This document shows positions 61,759 through 64,000 of a DNA stretch of 64,000 nt, piece after piece. Origin of the DNA: Mobula hypostoma (taxonomy: Eukaryota); NCBI RefSeq assembly GCF_963921235.1, contig NC_086097.1, forward strand, positions 252,714,001 to 252,778,000. The letters are read 5' to 3'. Under the pieces are notes generated by a model. That model had not been told where the DNA came from and searched no databases. It saw only the letters and a program-made list of their open reading frames with translations. The position numbers and the translations under genes are program-made. How positions within the stretch are numbered: position 1 is the stretch's first letter; the number at the start of each line of letters is the position of its first letter.

Positions 61759-61759
61759 A

Positions 61760-63300
61760 GAAGGTACTTTGGAAAGCTGAGAAATCTGAAGGTAGATAAG
61801 CCACCTGGACCAGGTGGACTACACCTCAGGGTTCTGAAAGAGGTGGCTGAGGAGATTGTGGAATCATTAGTAATGATCTTTCAAGAATTACTAGATTCTG
61901 GAATGGTTTCCGAAGACTGGAAATTTGCAAATGTCACTCCACTCTTTAAGAAGGGAAGGAAGCAGAAGAAAGGAAATTTTAGGCCAGTTAGCCTGAGCTC
62001 AGTGGCTGGGAAGATGTTACAGTCTATTATTAAGGATGAGGTTTTGGGGTACATGGAGAAGCATGATAAAATTGGCCAAAGTCAGCATAGTTTTGTAAAG
62101 AGGAAATCTTGCTTGACAAATCTGTTGGAATTCTTCGAGGAAATAGCAAGCAGGATAGACAAAGGAGGTCAATGGATATTGTTTATGTAGATTTTCAGAA
62201 GGTCTTTGACAAGGTGCCACACATGGAGGCTGCTTATCGAAACGAGAGCCCGTGGTATTACGAGAAAGGTACTAGAATGGATGGAATATTGGCTGACTGG
62301 CAGGAGGCAGAGTGGGAATAAAGGAGCTTTATCTGGTTGGCTGCCGGTGATTAATGGTGTGCCACAGGGGTCACTGTTGGGACCACTTGTCTTCATGTTG
62401 TATGTCAATGATTCCGATAACGGAATTGATGGCTTTGTGGCCAAGTTTGCGGACAATATGAAAATCAGTGGAAGCCTGGTAGCGTGAGCAACCATGGAAT
62501 CTGCAGAAGGACTTCGAACAGGAGAGTGAGCGCAGAGATGGCAGATGAGACGGAGTGCTAGGGAGTGTATGGTCATGCACTTTGGCAGAAGGAATAAAGG
62601 CATGGACTATTTCGTAAATGGGAAAAAATTCAAAAATCACAAGTACAAAGGGACTTGGGAGTCCTTGTGCAGGGCTCCCTGAAGGTTAACTTGCAGGTTG
62701 AGTTGGTGGTGAGGGAGACAAATGCAATGTTAGCATTCATTTTGAGAAGACTAGAATACAAAAACAAAGATGTAATGCTGATCAGACCATACTTGAGTGT
62801 TGTGAGCAGTCTGGGGCCCTTTATCTAAGATGAGTTGTGCTGGCATTGGAGAAGATCCAAAAGGGGTTTATGAGAATTAGCTCAGGAAAAAGCATTTGAT
62901 GGCTGTGGGCCTGTACACGTTAGAGTAAGGAATGACGGGAGATCTCTTTGAAACCTATTGGGTATTGAAAGGCCAAGATAGCGTGGACATGGAGAGGATG
63001 TTTCCTGTAGTGGGGGAGCCTAGGACCAGAGGATGCAGCCTTAGAATACAAGGATGTCCCTTTGGAACAGAGATGAGGAGGAGTTTCTTGAGCCAGGGGG
63101 TGGTGAATCTGTGGAATTCATTGCCACAGACTGCTGTGGAGGCCAAGTCATTGAGTATATTTAAAGCAGAGGTTGGTAGGTTCTTGATTAGTCTGGGCAT
63201 CAAAGGTTATGGGGAGAAGGCAGGAGAATGGGGTTGAGAGGGATAATAGATCAGCCATGATGGAATAGAGGAGCAGACATAATGGGCTGAATGGCCTAAG
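61760..63300 (+). mobile_element. CR1 ORF2 3' half, degraded
   Basis: NFRPVSL, PQGSLLGPL, KFADN, WNSLP. Confidence 0.9.
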
Positions 63301-63814
63301 TTTGGCAAAGGCATCAAAATCTAGGCTCTCATGTCCATAGCTATCTCATTATACCCTGCCACTACCAAAGTCTTATCATTAGCACAATGAGCTGTTTACT
63401 GTCTACCTGTGCTGCGCACTACATGCACTTTGAATTATATTTCATTAACTTATTTGTGGTAATATTTTGTTTTGTGTGTGGTATATGTTCTGTGGTCTGG
63501 AGGAATATTGTTTCATTTGGTTGTCCATACGTTTATTGTCAGATGCCAATAGACTTGAATGTGAACTTGAAATTACAAACCAGTCCCCATAGAAATTGAA
63601 ATTACTTTTCAACGGACTTCAGACTCAGTGGGTTTCTGCAGAGATACTGTTCCACAGGAGCACACTACGAGAGGAGGTAAGATTACTAACTTCCTGTTTG
63701 CAAAATTTTAGCATTATACCTAAAGCAGTTCCTTAAATTTGTCATAGCCAAGGGTGGTGGTGAAAATAAGCTCCCACTACCTATTAAAATGCTCCCTATG
63801 ATTATGCATCGTGT

Positions 63815-64000
63815 GGGCACGTGGCCAAGTGGTTAAGGCATTGGACTAGCGACCTGAAGGTCATGAGTTCGAGCCCCAGCCGAGGGAACGTGTTGTGTCC
63901 TTGAGCAAGGCACTTAATCACACATTGCTCTGTGACGACACTGGTGCCAAGCTGTATGGGTCCTAATGCCCTTCCCTTGGACAACATTGGTGTCGTGGAG
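63815..64000 (+). mobile_element. tRNA-derived SINE running to the window end
   Basis: A-box TGGCCAAGTGG and B-box GTTCGAGCC, followed by a GTGTCCTTGAGCAAGGCACTTAA SINE body. Confidence 0.8.

Noticed and set aside
63815..63890. tRNA gene
   Set aside because: A and B boxes are present but the acceptor stem does not pair and the sequence continues into a SINE body

Overview
Eukaryotic, very transposon-rich DNA. The mix of CR1/HER1-like LINEs, HE1/V-SINE-like SINEs, Rex1/Babar, Penelope and Tc1 elements suggests a cartilaginous fish (inference). No host protein-coding gene could be identified. Most of the window is nested, degraded CR1 LINE sequence. Main structures: (1) a young, full-length Ty3/Gypsy LTR retrotransposon (9186-13635) with no tRNA primer-binding site; the sequence in the PBS position is a perfect 15-nt complement of its own LTR poly(A)-signal region, suggesting self-priming and/or poly(A) occlusion, and its RT reads YLDN instead of YxDD; (2) an inverted Penelope pair plus eight dispersed copies of the minimal Penelope-type hammerhead ribozyme motif, one intact; (3) a deleted CsRn1-like Gypsy with a tRNA-Trp PBS; (4) several minisatellites that arose inside transposons; (5) a recurrent insertion site in CR1 3' ends. 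Boundaries of degraded repeats are approximate.
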